DNA of 63,869 bases, counting the filler. It is 13 parts of 13 records of this genome, joined end to end, with 100 filler letters (N's around TTAATTAATTAA, not from the genome) between each part and the next. Parts side by side here need not be neighbours in the genome. Positions count along the whole stretch, not along the records: positions 33,581 to 40,378 come from SRR7504441_17264; positions 40,479 to 46,017 come from SRR7504441_17270; 11 more parts are not named here. One strand, written 5' to 3'. Shown piece after piece: positions 33,581 to 44,918 of the stretch (positions are counted from its first letter, which is position 1; the number at the start of each line of letters is the position of its first letter). The translations under genes and the position numbers were made by a program. Below the pieces are notes generated by a model. That model was not told the DNA's origin. It saw nothing but the letters and a program-made list of their open reading frames with translations, and made no database searches.

Positions 33581-35778
33581 AGTAGGTTGATTGGACTCCG
33601 CCAAACTTGGTGCTGCGAGTCGGCTTGTCAGTCGAGTAATCCTCCGGCATCTTGTCCACACCAGCCCACCTGCATATGCTGAGCAGCTGGCTGGCTCACT
33701 GGGCTCACCACCACGTGTGCTCAGCCACGCAAGGGTACAGGCACCAGATGTCTGTATCATAGGCGACCACTGCAGCCGACGAAGGTGTGTGCGGGATCGT
33801 GCCATGCATGTGCCGCACGGACCACTCGCACCTGTCGGTGTCCAACACATATGCGTAGTCGTATCCTGAGTCAAACGTGCATCCGTCTCCTTTAAACGCC
33901 TTCGACGGCTTGTCTTTTAGCCACCCGCCTGTGAGCCAGATGGATCGACCGACCACCACAGTTTGGAAGTTTGTCATCGGTGGAGGCGGCTTCCCATCCA
34001 CGGGTGGCCTGATCCAATAGCTCCCACCCTGCCTCTTGTGCTTATCTTTGAGCATTGACCACATCTCGTCCATGGGCTCATCCGTCGGCGGGCCTTGGGC
34101 TAACACCTGCAGCCTACATTCAGCCACTAGCGTGGACCGAGCCACCTGGCTGATCCTGAGGCCAGTAGAGAGCAGCCGCACTTGCACCCCGGCCTCAGAC
34201 GACTCGAAAACCCAAATTTCGTCGTCCATGAACACACCGGTGCACTCACCCGGGCCTGGTGCCCCAGGGGCCGCATCCTGCGCTTCGAGCGCGACTTGGC
34301 TCCACTGGCCAAAATCATCTTTCTCTTCGCTCCCCTCTGTCGGCTCGCCAACCAGTAGCGAGATCGCCGTCGTGTCCAGCACCCGGGCGTGCCCCCAGCC
34401 GAGCTCGGGGGACAGCAGCCAGATCTGAGCTCCAATCATCCCCTGCCGCACTCTCAACCTTTTGACTCACATGCGATCCGCACCACTATCACGCTACTCA
34501 GGTCGCACTCGGGCCACAGGCTGTCGCCGGTGTAGTCGAGCGGCCAAGACTCCATGTTGAGCGGGTCGATGCGGAGCAGCTTCTTACACTCCTTGTCTAC
34601 CCCACCGAGCACGTACAACTTGCCCAGCCCGCTCACTGCCTTGGCAGGAGGCGCGTGGGCCACGATCTCGGCATCGGGCGACAGCCGCGGATCCTGCAGC
34701 ACCTGGCGGGTAAAGTGGGCCTGCTCGGTGTCGAAGCAGGTGATGATACGCTCGGTCGGAGTCACTTTGTCCGACGTGTCGAACAGAAGGAAAATCTGCC
34801 GGCCCGGTCAGCGCTGCGACAGCGTGCCAAGCTGCCTTTGGGCCGACATTCACGGCGGCATAGCGGTCCAGCTGGCACCAGCCCTTGGCAAGCAGCACTG
34901 CCGCCTTGTGGTCGGTGGTCTTGGCCGTCGGGGGGGGATTAGTCTGGTTGGTGCTCGGCTCTACCCATTCCGCCACTGCAGCACAGTCTGCCGCCACCCC
35001 TCGCAGCTGCCCCCCGCTCAAGCCAGCTCCATGGCGGTCAGCGCACCCGGCGCCGTTTCAGCGTCAGCGCGCTCTCGGCTTCCTCTTTGGAAATCAGCGG
35101 GTCGGGCGGGGGTGCCTCTTTGACTGGTTTTTCCTCTCCTTCCTCCACTTCCTCTTCCTCCTCCTCCTCCTCTTCCTCGTCGCCCAGATCGTCAGCCATC
35201 CCCTCCATCAAGCTGAACCCGCGGATCCCGTACACTGGGGCCGGCCCGTTTTCGAGCGTGAGCCTGTAATCGTCCAGTCTAATCACCTCCCCCACCATCG
35301 CCGCGCTGTCCATGCCCTCTCCCGTCCGCCCTGCCCACCGCTCGCCCAGCCCCGGATGGCCGGCGCACTGTCGCCCAGGAACGCCTCCTGCGAGAAGTCG
35401 GTTGTATCCCGCAGGAACAGTTTCATGGCCGGAGTCGACACCACCGCCAGCACCTCGTGCCGGCCGTCGGTCACATCCAGGGCCAACCGGTCGCCTGCTG
35501 GCGGCTCAACCGGCCTGATCCAGCAAGGCAGACCGTCGAGCCGACCGGCCTGGATCCTGACCAGCCGCGGGGCGCACTCGGGCCGCTTGCCCTGGCGGAT
35601 CAGAGCCTCCTGTCTCTCCCGCTCGTCCTGTCCAGAGCGTGGGCCGGGCTGGGCCGGGCTGGGACCTGCTCCCCAAGCAGCACGCGGAGCACGTCGTCGC
35701 GGATCCACGGCTCGAAGCTGGTGTCTGGCCCACCCGCTCGGGCCCCAGCAGCCCGGAGCCGCAGCCGGCACCTGCCAT
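33581..35778 (-). CDS. TPP1/Est3-like OB fold + acidic tract + Kelch-repeat protein (3' truncated)
   Basis: Spliced N-terminus FEPWIRDDVL...LDVTDGRHEVLAVVS...GEVIRLDDY...IRGFSL; poly-Glu; Kelch blades GKLYVLGG, GRSIWLTGG...VLDTDRCEWS. Linking introns 35007-35046 (GT-AG) and 34796-34835 (GC-AG). Confidence 0.7.
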
Positions 35779-36210
35779 CGAGGTCTAAATTTACAACCCG
35801 CACTCGACCAGCCTACAGCTGTACGAGTAGCCAGGTACAAAGCCGACTGTCTGTACCTAGTATTGGAGTCCAACATTTAGTCCCGCGGAGATTGTTTGGG
35901 CATGGAAAGCCTGTGCGCGATAGTACCTAAGGTACCCAATCTACCTAAGGGTCCCAGATGAAGGTCGTGAAGGTTTCTAATCGGATTTGTGCCAACTCGG
36001 CCGGCGCTTGAGCAGGCTTGCTGAGCCCGGCCAAGAACCCTCCCAGATCTCCTCCTGGGCCGCCCCCGGCTCTGTCTCCTCGGGCAGCATCCGCTCCTCG
36101 AGTGCGGCCGACACCATCGCCGGCCCGCCCCCTCTCAGGCCCGGCTCAAGAGCCTCGCCCCGAATGTTCTTCCGTTATTCCGACCGGTGCGAAGAGCCAT
36201 CAGTTGGAGG

Positions 36211-37921
36211 ATGTCGACTTTTGTGCCGCTCGAGAGCAAGCCCGACGGCGAGGAGGAGACCGAGCTGGATCCCGGGGTGCCCTCGACTGCCACCCCCCGC
36301 TCCAGGACCGGCAGCCTAGCCGCCGAGCTCCCGACCGCCGGTGCGCCAAGCCGCGGGGTGCCGCCGACGGATGGTTAGAGTTGCCGCCGAGCCGGCTGTG
36401 CATCAAGGCGGCGCTGTGCGCCTCGCTCAACTCGATCCTGCTGGGCTACGATATCGGGATCATCTCGGCGGTGGTGGTGCTCCTAGAAGACGACATGGTG
36501 TGCACCCGGCTCCGGGGAGCTGAGCGGCCGGGGCAGGGCCTGAGCCATATCGAGACCGAAATCTTCGTGGCCTCGCTCAATTTCATCGCCATCCCCGGCG
36601 CGATGATCTCCGGCAAGGTGTCCGACGCCTTCGGGCGGACCCGCACGCTGGCGGCGGCCTCTCTGCTGTTTCTGGTGGGTAATCTGATGATGGCGATCGC
36701 CCCTGGGCTGCTGCTGCTCATGATTGGACGGTCCATCACTGGTGCGGCCGGGCTGGTGGCGCGGTCTGACCCGGGGCAGGACTTGGGGTGGGCTGCGGGC
36801 TATCGATCGACCCACTTTACATCTCGGAGATCTCACCGCCGGCTCACAGGGGTAAAATGGTCACATTCTCGGAGACCTCGATCAACATCGGGATCCTGCT
36901 CGGGTTTATAATCGGTTTCGCGCTGTCCGGGCTGCCGATCGGGCTAGGCTGGAGAGTGATGCTCGCAGTAGGAGGGATAGTGCCTGCGGTGATGGTCTAT
37001 CTCGCGCTGTACGTGATGCCCGAGACTCCGCGCTGGCTGCTCTGCCAGGGGCTGAACGACCGGGCCGAGCAAGTCTTGGATGGGCTGTGCAACACTGAGG
37101 CGGAGAAACTTGCAACGATGGCCGACATAGAGATGAACATCGAGCTGGACATGCAGGCGGCCGCCAAGGGCTGGCGTGCGATCTGCTGCCCGACTCCCGG
37201 GGTCCGGCTGATGCTTGTGGTGGTGATTGGTGTGGCGGTCTCCCAGCAGACCTGTGGGATCGAGGCGCTCATGTACTACTCGCCGGCGATTCTCGAATCA
37301 TCCGGTTTCGAGACTACGTCGGAGCAGCTCGGGATCACGATGGTGATGGGCTTCATCAAGACAGGCGTGATCGTGGCCGCCGCCGCGCTGCTGGATGGGT
37401 ACGGCCGCCGACCGCTGCTGTTGTGGAGTCTGCTAGGGCTAGTGGTGGCTGAGATCATCGAAGGGTTGGGATTCGCTTACGGGCAGGCCTCACTCAATGT
37501 GATCGGACTTTTCCTGTTTGTGATTGCGTTCTCGTTCGGGATCGGCCCGATCTGCTGGCTGTTCAGCGCCGAGATCCTGCCGCTTGAGATCAGGGCGCGC
37601 GGAATGATGCTGGCCTGCAGTCTGAACCGGCTCACTAGTGGGGTTATAGCGGTAAGCTTCTTGTCTGTGGTCGAGGCGATCGGCGAGGCGGCGACCTTCT
37701 TTATGTTCGCGGGGATCACGGCGGTCTCGCTGCTGTTTGTTTATGTGTATGTGCCCGAAACTAAGGGGAGGACGCTCGAGGAGATGGAGGGCTTCTTTGC
37801 CGAGCTGGCGCAGGGCAGTAGCAAGTCACAGAGGCACCAGCTTGTCGATGAGGTCTCCCAACAAGCCGTGGAGCCAGACTTGTCTTTTAGGTCCAGGCCG
37901 GCCCCAGAGCGAAGGGAGTGA
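36211..37921 (+). CDS. MFS sugar porter (polyol/inositol/hexose transporter family)
   Basis: LLGYDIG, SDAFGR, YISEISP, PETPRWL, QQTCGI, DGYGRRP, SAEILP, PETKGRTLEE; three 38-39-nt introns. Confidence 0.95.
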
Positions 37922-38132
37922 TACCATCAACCGTCCTGATTTAATCTTGGCCGACTGTACTTGCAAGATGGGACTACCACGCGGCCTGCGGCCGCGCAAG
38001 GAGCGCCGTAGGATTGGATCTGCGTGCGGCAGTGGGACTTGGACAAGTTAAACTATTTACGAGCAAGTACTAGTATTAATAGTTGAAGCCTGGATTTAAT
38101 TTGACGTCATGAGGGATTTGTACGAGTACATT

Positions 38133-38163
38133 CATTGACGTTACATTGACGTTACATTGACGT
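38133..38163. repeat. Intergenic tandem repeat (CATTGACGTTA) x~3
   Basis: cattgacgttacattgacgttacattgacgt. Confidence 0.75.
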
Positions 38164-38395
38164 CTCGAGGGATTATTCATGAATTGTACGTGAATCAATT
38201 TATTGTTAGAGAAGTCAATCAGTGAGTCAGATCACTTGAGAGTTCTCAGTTATGAGTTATTGTACGAGTAGCTTAGCGACCAATTATGACATTGTGACCA
38301 ATTAGACTAGATAGACCTGTGCTAGATAGGAAGTAGATAGGATGTCCTTCTGACCAAGTAACTGAATGTGCACGCTGAAATTGATCTTGAACTCA

Positions 38396-40288
38396 TCATA
38401 TGAGATTCAAAATATCGTCGAGCGAGGTCTCTTGGTTACACACGCTTGCATCGCTAGGCTCTAGATTGAGGACAAATGAGCCTTGCAAACTCGTATCCAT
38501 ACCGTCCGGGTCTGCACCAAAGTGCGGCTGCTCATCGGGCTCTGTCACAAACAGATCCCCTAAATCGTCCAGCAGATCTGCTGTCGCCACATATTCATCG
38601 GTGCCTTGAGTACTCGTAGCATTCAATTGGTCAAAAATGTCATCCCCAAACATTCCCTCGTCCAACTGGGCCGTCCCATTCACAGCCTGGCTCGAATCCA
38701 TGTACTCTGCAACTGTGGGAGTGGCGCCCATCAACAAATCGTCCTCTTCCTCGTCACTCTCAATGTTAAGCAAATTATCTGGTTCTTCAGCTGGCCCGGA
38801 GTCCTCACTCTCTTCCTCCGGCTCAGCAGGCTCCGACGGCGCCGGCTCATCTTCCGCCTCCTCGAGCTGGTATACTTGCTCCCGCTCGCCCTGGTCCCAC
38901 ACGCTGGACTTGCCCACCGCGAATGCCGTTGTGTGGATTGGGTCGAGCTCGTCGGAGAAGTTCTTCTTGAGCTTGTAATCAATCACCTCCTTGGCGTTCT
39001 TCAGCTGCATCATCAACTTATCCCCGCTATCAAGCCGGTTGTGCAAGTTGTAAACGTCAATCGCAGCCTTCTCAAACGCCGTGCTGCTAGATTTGTGAAA
39101 CAAGTGCGGCCTCTCCTCGACCCATTGCCTGTACATCTGGGATGCCCCAAATGCCCTAATAAAATCATTTGAGCTCCCGGAGTGCGATTCAGCAAACCGC
39201 TCCTCGTCAAATAACGGCAATTTACCCTTGATCCTTCGCATGAACAGCCGATAGCCGCCAAACAGGTCCACAAAGAACTGCAGGAAGCACTTGGCAATCA
39301 TCGGTGAGCTGAATTTGCGTGCTCTTCGGAACCCTCGGATCGTGTCCACCAGTGTTTCCTGCAGCTTAGCAGCAAACCGGCCGGGCAGCTCGATCGTGCA
39401 CGCGTCCAGATTTTCAAACTTCCGGCGGTCGAGGTCCACGAAGACGACTTGCTCGATCGGAAGCTTCTTCACCCGCGGGATGTCTGCTGAGAGAACGCCG
39501 AACAGGAACGGCATCGGGGCGCAGCACATGTCTAGCATCTTGTGTGGCACCACCGGCACGAACAGGTGCTGCCAGAAGAAGGGGAATATGAGCGCGAGCG
39601 AGGCCTGGGTGCACGAAGAGAGCAGCCCCAAGTTGGCGGAGTGCATGATTACCCGGCACTCGCCCAGCAGACATCCGAGCAGCTTTAGCACGTCGCACAC
39701 GTCCAGCTGTCTGAACAGGGGCAGAAAGTCCGGGTCAGAGAAGAGCATGTTGGTGCCCTGCACCCCCTGGGTGCCCCGGTAGCCCTGGTCGTCCGGCCGG
39801 ACAAAGTCGTGCCTCCGGCCGTCGACAGTCACTGTGATGGCCTGCCCCGGCATCGGGAAGGGCTGGAGCACAATGTCTTGGAGCAGAACGCTGATCTGCT
39901 GGGTGCCCCTGGCCCTGTAGAGCAGCAGCACCTCCACGATCTTGGAGAAGAGCGAGAACCAGGGGTACGAGGACACGATCACTACACACTCACGGTACTG
40001 GGCGCCCTGCTTGGCCACTGTATACCGCCTGCACAGCCCGTACTTCTTGCCCCCGAGCGAGTCGGTCATGACGAACGAGTGCGACTGGACCTTGGAGGAG
40101 GTGGCCGGCGCGGCGGCTGCCTGCAGGTCAGCGGCTTCGGGGAAGGCGAACATGGGCGTGTTGTCCGGGGGCCGGTCGCCCTGGGTGGAGAACTGATGGA
40201 CCGGCTGGACCCCAGCCGACGAGTACGAGTAGAGCAGGCAGTGGTCGAACAGTGGTAGCCTGCCGTCCTCCGTGCTGCTCCCTTCCAT
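38396..40288 (-). CDS. DENN-domain Rab GEF (DENND1/2-like)
   Basis: uDENN FAFP/HSFVMTD...YGLCRR, cDENN PFFWQHLFVPV...CAPMPFLFG, dDENN FVDLFGGYR...SQMY; acidic tail with clathrin-box-like LLNIE; intronless. Confidence 0.92.
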   Translation of the reverse strand: MEGSSTEDGRLPLFDHCLLYSYSSAGVQPVHQFSTQGDRPPDNTPMFAFPEAADLQAAAAPATSSKVQSHSFVMTDSLGGKKYGLCRRYTVAKQGAQYRECVVIVSSYPWFSLFSKIVEVLLLYRARGTQQISVLLQDIVLQPFPMPGQAITVTVDGRRHDFVRPDDQGYRGTQGVQGTNMLFSDPDFLPLFRQLDVCDVLKLLGCLLGECRVIMHSANLGLLSSCTQASLALIFPFFWQHLFVPVVPHKMLDMCCAPMPFLFGVLSADIPRVKKLPIEQVVFVDLDRRKFENLDACTIELPGRFAAKLQETLVDTIRGFRRARKFSSPMIAKCFLQFFVDLFGGYRLFMRRIKGKLPLFDEERFAESHSGSSNDFIRAFGASQMYRQWVEERPHLFHKSSSTAFEKAAIDVYNLHNRLDSGDKLMMQLKNAKEVIDYKLKKNFSDELDPIHTTAFAVGKSSVWDQGEREQVYQLEEAEDEPAPSEPAEPEEESEDSGPAEEPDNLLNIESDEEEDDLLMGATPTVAEYMDSSQAVNGTAQLDEGMFGDDIFDQLNATSTQGTDEYVATADLLDDLGDLFVTEPDEQPHFGADPDGMDTSLQGSFVLNLEPSDASVCNQETSLDDILNLI

Positions 40289-40478
40289 GCCGCGCTCACT
40301 GGCCGGCTCACTGCCAATTGGCAGCTTGACCAAGCTGGGGTTTTTGCTGTTGTCTCAGACGGCGCTATCGGGCAGTCTNNNNNNNNNNNNNNNNNNNNNN
40401 NNNNNNNNNNNNNNNNNNNNNNTTAATTAATTAANNNNNNNNNNNNNNNNNNNNNNNNNNNNNNNNNNNNNNNNNNNN

Positions 40479-41706
40479 CCGATCGACCGCTCCAGCCGCT
40501 CCTGCACCTGGCGCGCCTGCGCTTTCTTCCGCCGATCCGTGCTCTTCTCTGCTGGAACGGGCCGCTCTCGCGCTGTGCTCGGCCAGGGCTCGGGGGTGCT
40601 CTGGCCGCGGTGTTTGCTACTGAGAGAGCTCTGCGTCTTATGCAGCTCGCCGGCCCTCCACGGCGACACTGACCCGCCCGACGCGCGGCGCTGAGCCCTG
40701 GGTCCGGAGCGCTGCTGGCTGGTGGGTGTCCTCCACGGCGACTGGTTCGGAGTGAACTGCCGCCTCGAGTGCCGCTCCGCGTGCCGCGCAAACGCCGACC
40801 TGCCCGCGCCCGGTCAGCTAGACGGCCTGCCCGGCCCGGTACTTGGCTCGTGGGGTCCTGTCCGGCCGGTCCGGAGTCGCACAGCCGCCAGCCATCATCT
40901 GCTTCCACCTTCCGAACGGCTCAGCCACTGCGCGGCCCAGGCTGCCCACCTGACCAGTTTAATACGGGCGGCCTGCGTGACTGCATCGGACTCAGCCGCC
41001 TCGATCGCCCTGTCCACCCGCCGCATGCATCTATTGACAAACTCGCTGAATTCTTCCAGAGTGAAGGTATCCCTCCGGTCCTCGAGCTCCGGCCCCGACC
41101 ACTCGCCCGGACTGCCCGGCCGCTGCCGCCGACCGACCGCCAGGTTGAGCTGCACGAAATACTCTTTGAGGTCGGCCACTCGGCTGAACATGATCGGGAT
41201 CTGCCCGGCGCTTGCCACGGCCAGCCCGCCCGGCTACCAGTCCATGCTCCCGAGCCAGCTTGCAGAGCTCCCCAAAGTCCATCTGCCGGTTGGCCGCAGC
41301 GATCTGGTCAAAGCTGCCCCCGACGGCTCGCCCGGCCCCAGCCACCGGTCGCCTGCCCCGTCTGGTCGAACGGCCTGCGAATTCCCGGAATAGACGACCG
41401 ACCGGCCCACGCGCCGCCCGTCTGCGGGGCTGGGGCGCTGGGCAGAGTGCCCGGCAGCGCGATCCGGTGCTGTGCCGCAGCTCGGGCTCGAGCGCCAGCC
41501 GTACCTGCCGGCGAGTCGGCGTGCTGGGGCCAGCGGCGAACCAGCCGGGCGCCGCCCGAGACGAGACGGAACCCGCGGACGAGGTCGAAGATCTGGAAGG
41601 CGCCCACCACGTGCTGGACGCTGAGCGCCGCCTGGTCGCCCTCGGAGAGCAGCAGGATGCAGACCACATGGTCGCTCAGCCGCCGCCAGACCTCATTGCC
41701 CAACAT
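40479..41706 (-). CDS. Spliced hypothetical protein with EF-hand-like helices (truncated)
   Basis: GC3-rich minus-strand frames (MDFGELCKLA, FTLEEFSEFV) separated by small introns; exon structure only partly resolved. Confidence 0.45.
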
Positions 41707-41988
41707 GTGAATTCGCAAAATTCCGTTTTTGATGAGCTCCAGGCTCTGCAGGGTGCGGCGCGTAGCAGAGCTTGAGTCTAGGACTCTAGGTTTGTACTAG
41801 ACAAACATTGGACGGCGCCGAAACAGATGGAAACGGACGAAAGGATATGGCGCAGTCGTCAGACGGCGGCATTGGACTACTCGTGATCTATCAAAACGCT
41901 GGAGCTGAAAAGCACTCCAAAAGTACTCCAAAAGTACTCCAAAAGCGCGAGCAAGAGGCAATACATGTTTTAAAAAGCTCATAAATTT

Positions 41989-43368
41989 TCAAACGTGCAC
42001 GATTGCATCAGTGTTACTGTACACCTCGAAGGTGCAGTTGTCCTGCCACTTGATGGGCTGTATGCGGCCGTGGTCGTCAAACTCCAGCCGTATCCATGTC
42101 TGGCCCTCGTGACCCTTGACCTGGTCGGGGGCCTGCTGCCAGCGGTCCCCGGTCCACAGGTACTGGCTAAGCTGCGGCGCGGGCCGGGGCACCGTGATGA
42201 CGTAGTTCTGCTGTGCGCGGACGGTGCTGACCTCCGCACGGGACTTGTAGAGGCAGCCCTGGCCCGGCGTCGGCGCGCCGCCGAATCCGCTGCTGCCGCT
42301 GCGGCCCATGACGGGCGTTCTAACAATATCCCAAGGCATTCCATGATCGCCGCCACCGTCACCAGCAGCGGTGCATGCCAGATCGCCGTTCGGCGCCAGG
42401 CACCCGGTCTTGGCAGCCGGCACCACGTCGCTGCACTGCGGCCGCCAGGGGCCAAGTGGGTGCGGCGCCGTATATACCATGACTCCGCTGCCCTGGTAGC
42501 AGAAGCAGCAGCAGTGGCCGAACAGGGCATAGAAGGTTCCGTTGCGGTGGAAAAAGGCCGGCGCCTCCACAAAGTACTCCGGGAAGGTCGTCCCCCCGAA
42601 CACTCCGCCGACCACCGTCGCGTTCGTGCCGGCCCCGGCGCTGTCGAGGTAGTCCGGAGTAAGCCGCTCGATCCCCATGTAGAAATTGCACCCGTAGATG
42701 ATGTAGCCCGCGCCGTCGGCCGGGTCCACGATGACGTCGAAGTCGCCGCAGCCGCCCTGCGCGGCCCCGCACGCGCCGCCCCGGGGCGTCAGCGGTCCTG
42801 GGCACAGGCGAGTGAGGGCCATCTGCTGGGTGCGCAGCGTAAAAGGGCCCGCTGGATGCGGCGCAGTAAAGACGGCGTTGCCGCCGTAGCCGCCGCCGGC
42901 CTTTTCGACGTAATTGACGAACAGGACCCACAGCTTCGTCGCCGGGTTGTAGACCACGTGTGGCCGGTACAGGATCCCGCAGTTCGGGATGTCGGTGGCG
43001 CACCGGGCGGCGTGGCCCACAAACTCCCACGACCGGCTCGCCAGGGTCCTGGACCGCCAGATGCTCACATTGTGGTCGGCCTGGAATCCGCAGTGGCCCG
43101 GCGCGGGATACGGCGGGCCGACTGGGCCGGGCGTCTGGTCGCACCCGTTCCTGGCCGGCTCCTTGCACCGGCCGTACTCAGCGCCGTGGTAGTAGTAGTA
43201 GCCATCCGGCGCCCGCACATAGGTGCCGTCGTGGGCGTCGACGATCTCGCCCGTGCTGGAGAGCTTCGGGGCGGTGTTGGAGACCGTGACTTGGGTCGCG
43301 GCAGCGGTCCAAATGGCGGCGGCGCAGAGGCAGCAGGACCAAGCGGTTAGAGCAGATCGCGGTGTCAT
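41989..43368 (-). CDS. Secreted GH43-like beta-propeller glycosidase (exo-beta-1,3-galactanase-like)
   Basis: Signal peptide; VDAHDG, YYYYHG, RPHVVYNPATKLWVL, GDFD, EAPAFFHRNGTFY, AQQNYV, WTGDRW; intronless. Confidence 0.85.
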   Translation of the reverse strand: MTPRSALTAWSCCLCAAAIWTAAATQVTVSNTAPKLSSTGEIVDAHDGTYVRAPDGYYYYHGAEYGRCKEPARNGCDQTPGPVGPPYPAPGHCGFQADHNVSIWRSRTLASRSWEFVGHAARCATDIPNCGILYRPHVVYNPATKLWVLFVNYVEKAGGGYGGNAVFTAPHPAGPFTLRTQQMALTRLCPGPLTPRGGACGAAQGGCGDFDVIVDPADGAGYIIYGCNFYMGIERLTPDYLDSAGAGTNATVVGGVFGGTTFPEYFVEAPAFFHRNGTFYALFGHCCCFCYQGSGVMVYTAPHPLGPWRPQCSDVVPAAKTGCLAPNGDLACTAAGDGGGDHGMPWDIVRTPVMGRSGSSGFGGAPTPGQGCLYKSRAEVSTVRAQQNYVITVPRPAPQLSQYLWTGDRWQQAPDQVKGHEGQTWIRLEFDDHGRIQPIKWQDNCTFEVYSNTDAIVHV

Positions 43369-43540
43369 TTGCGGGATGTCCGTTAGATTGGCGTTTGACG
43401 TCCAAGACGTCTGGAAGCTCTGAAGGTGACTGCGCCGCCGTGCTCTTGGTGCTCTCTTCAACTGGGCCCTCGGCTTCGAGCCAATCGGTCCGGGTCTTGG
43501 GCGAGAGCTCCAGGTCGAATTCCACACGCGGGAGAGGAGG

Positions 43541-44575
43541 ATGACTGTGCCGACCAGGGCGCAGACTGACTGCCGGTGGTTTTGCTGGGCGCTGTTGGTG
43601 TCAGTGCTGTGTGGCTGCCGGGCGGCCGAGTTCACCGTGTCGGGGCACAGCTCGGGGGCGGTGATGGCCTCCAACCACTTCATGGCCTTCTCGGACCGTA
43701 TCAAGGGCCACGGCCACCTAGAGTCTGTTTGCTACGGCGGCGGCCGGCGGCGCACCGCCTCCCCGCCGAAGCTCGCTCCGCCTCCAGCTGCTGACGGGCT
43801 GGCCGGACTGGTGGCCTACACCAAGGCTGCGGCCGCGGCTGGGCTGATTGCTGGGCTGGGCAATCTGAGCCACACGCCGATCTTTTTATACGGAGGTTCG
43901 CTCGATCAATTCTCCAAGTTCGAGAAAGGGTGCGCTCAATATTACTCGCAGTTTTCGTCGCAGGTGCTGTTCCATGGGCTAGTCGAGGGCGCACAGCATG
44001 GGTTCATCGTCGATCACAACATTTCGAACGTGAGCACCCCTTGCAGTGAGCCCAACCGGCTCTACATCCTCAACTGCGGCTGGGATGCGGCTGGGGCCAT
44101 GCTGGCGCACCTATATGGCCCGCTCACGCCGAGAGCTCCGCTGGTGCAGCAGCATATCTGGGCGATCAACCAGTCGCTGTTCTTTGCTCCTGGGCAATCC
44201 ACGTGGCAGCAGACCGGCATGGCCGAGACCGGCTTTGCATATGTTCCTGCGGGCTGCTTAGCTCCTGGCATGGCCCAAAAGTGTAGGATTCATGTCGTTT
44301 ATCATGGCTGCGGGTGCACTGAAGATGGTGGGGGGCCTGTTGGCATGGCCATTGTCACCTACGCTGGCTACAATGAATGGGGCGAGAGCAACGACATCAT
44401 CATCATATATCCACAGCTCGCGATCGAGCTAGGGTGCTGGGAGGGTGCAGGAGGCACCATCCCAAACCAGACTGAGATCGAGGCACAGAATTACGATTCG
44501 CGGCTCGGGCGTGACTTTCTGATTGTCAACCGGATGGTGGACTGGGTGGCAGCTGGTGGCCTCGGGTCAGACTAG
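43541..44575 (+). CDS. Secreted poly(3-hydroxybutyrate) depolymerase-like esterase
   Basis: Signal peptide; VSGHSSGAVMA lipase box, CRIHVVYHGC, GYNEWGESNDIIIIYPQ, GCW, as in extracellular PHB depolymerases; intronless. Confidence 0.8.
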   Translation: MTVPTRAQTDCRWFCWALLVSVLCGCRAAEFTVSGHSSGAVMASNHFMAFSDRIKGHGHLESVCYGGGRRRTASPPKLAPPPAADGLAGLVAYTKAAAAAGLIAGLGNLSHTPIFLYGGSLDQFSKFEKGCAQYYSQFSSQVLFHGLVEGAQHGFIVDHNISNVSTPCSEPNRLYILNCGWDAAGAMLAHLYGPLTPRAPLVQQHIWAINQSLFFAPGQSTWQQTGMAETGFAYVPAGCLAPGMAQKCRIHVVYHGCGCTEDGGGPVGMAIVTYAGYNEWGESNDIIIIYPQLAIELGCWEGAGGTIPNQTEIEAQNYDSRLGRDFLIVNRMVDWVAAGGLGSD

Positions 44576-44918
44576 GCGCAAGTAGAGCAAAGCTTGCGTT
44601 GTACTAGCGTTGTACCACTCTGCTAACCGGCCACAGTCGCATAATAGTGGCACAATCGGAACCAGGTCGGACACTAGAATTGGACCGTACAGTAATGGTA
44701 GTCTAAGAGAGGGTTGGAGGTCCTTAAGATTACGATAAGATTACGATGGTTGAAATACATGATCGCGATTCATGTGTTTAAAATTTTAATATTCATGACT
44801 TCAGATTCTAGACCGAGTCTGCTCAAGGATCTTATAAATGGCATCTACTGTATGAATTGGTGCTAATTGATGAGCGCTGGTGAGACGTTTTTGGTCTCAC
44901 CGGTGCGTCAGTTGGCCC

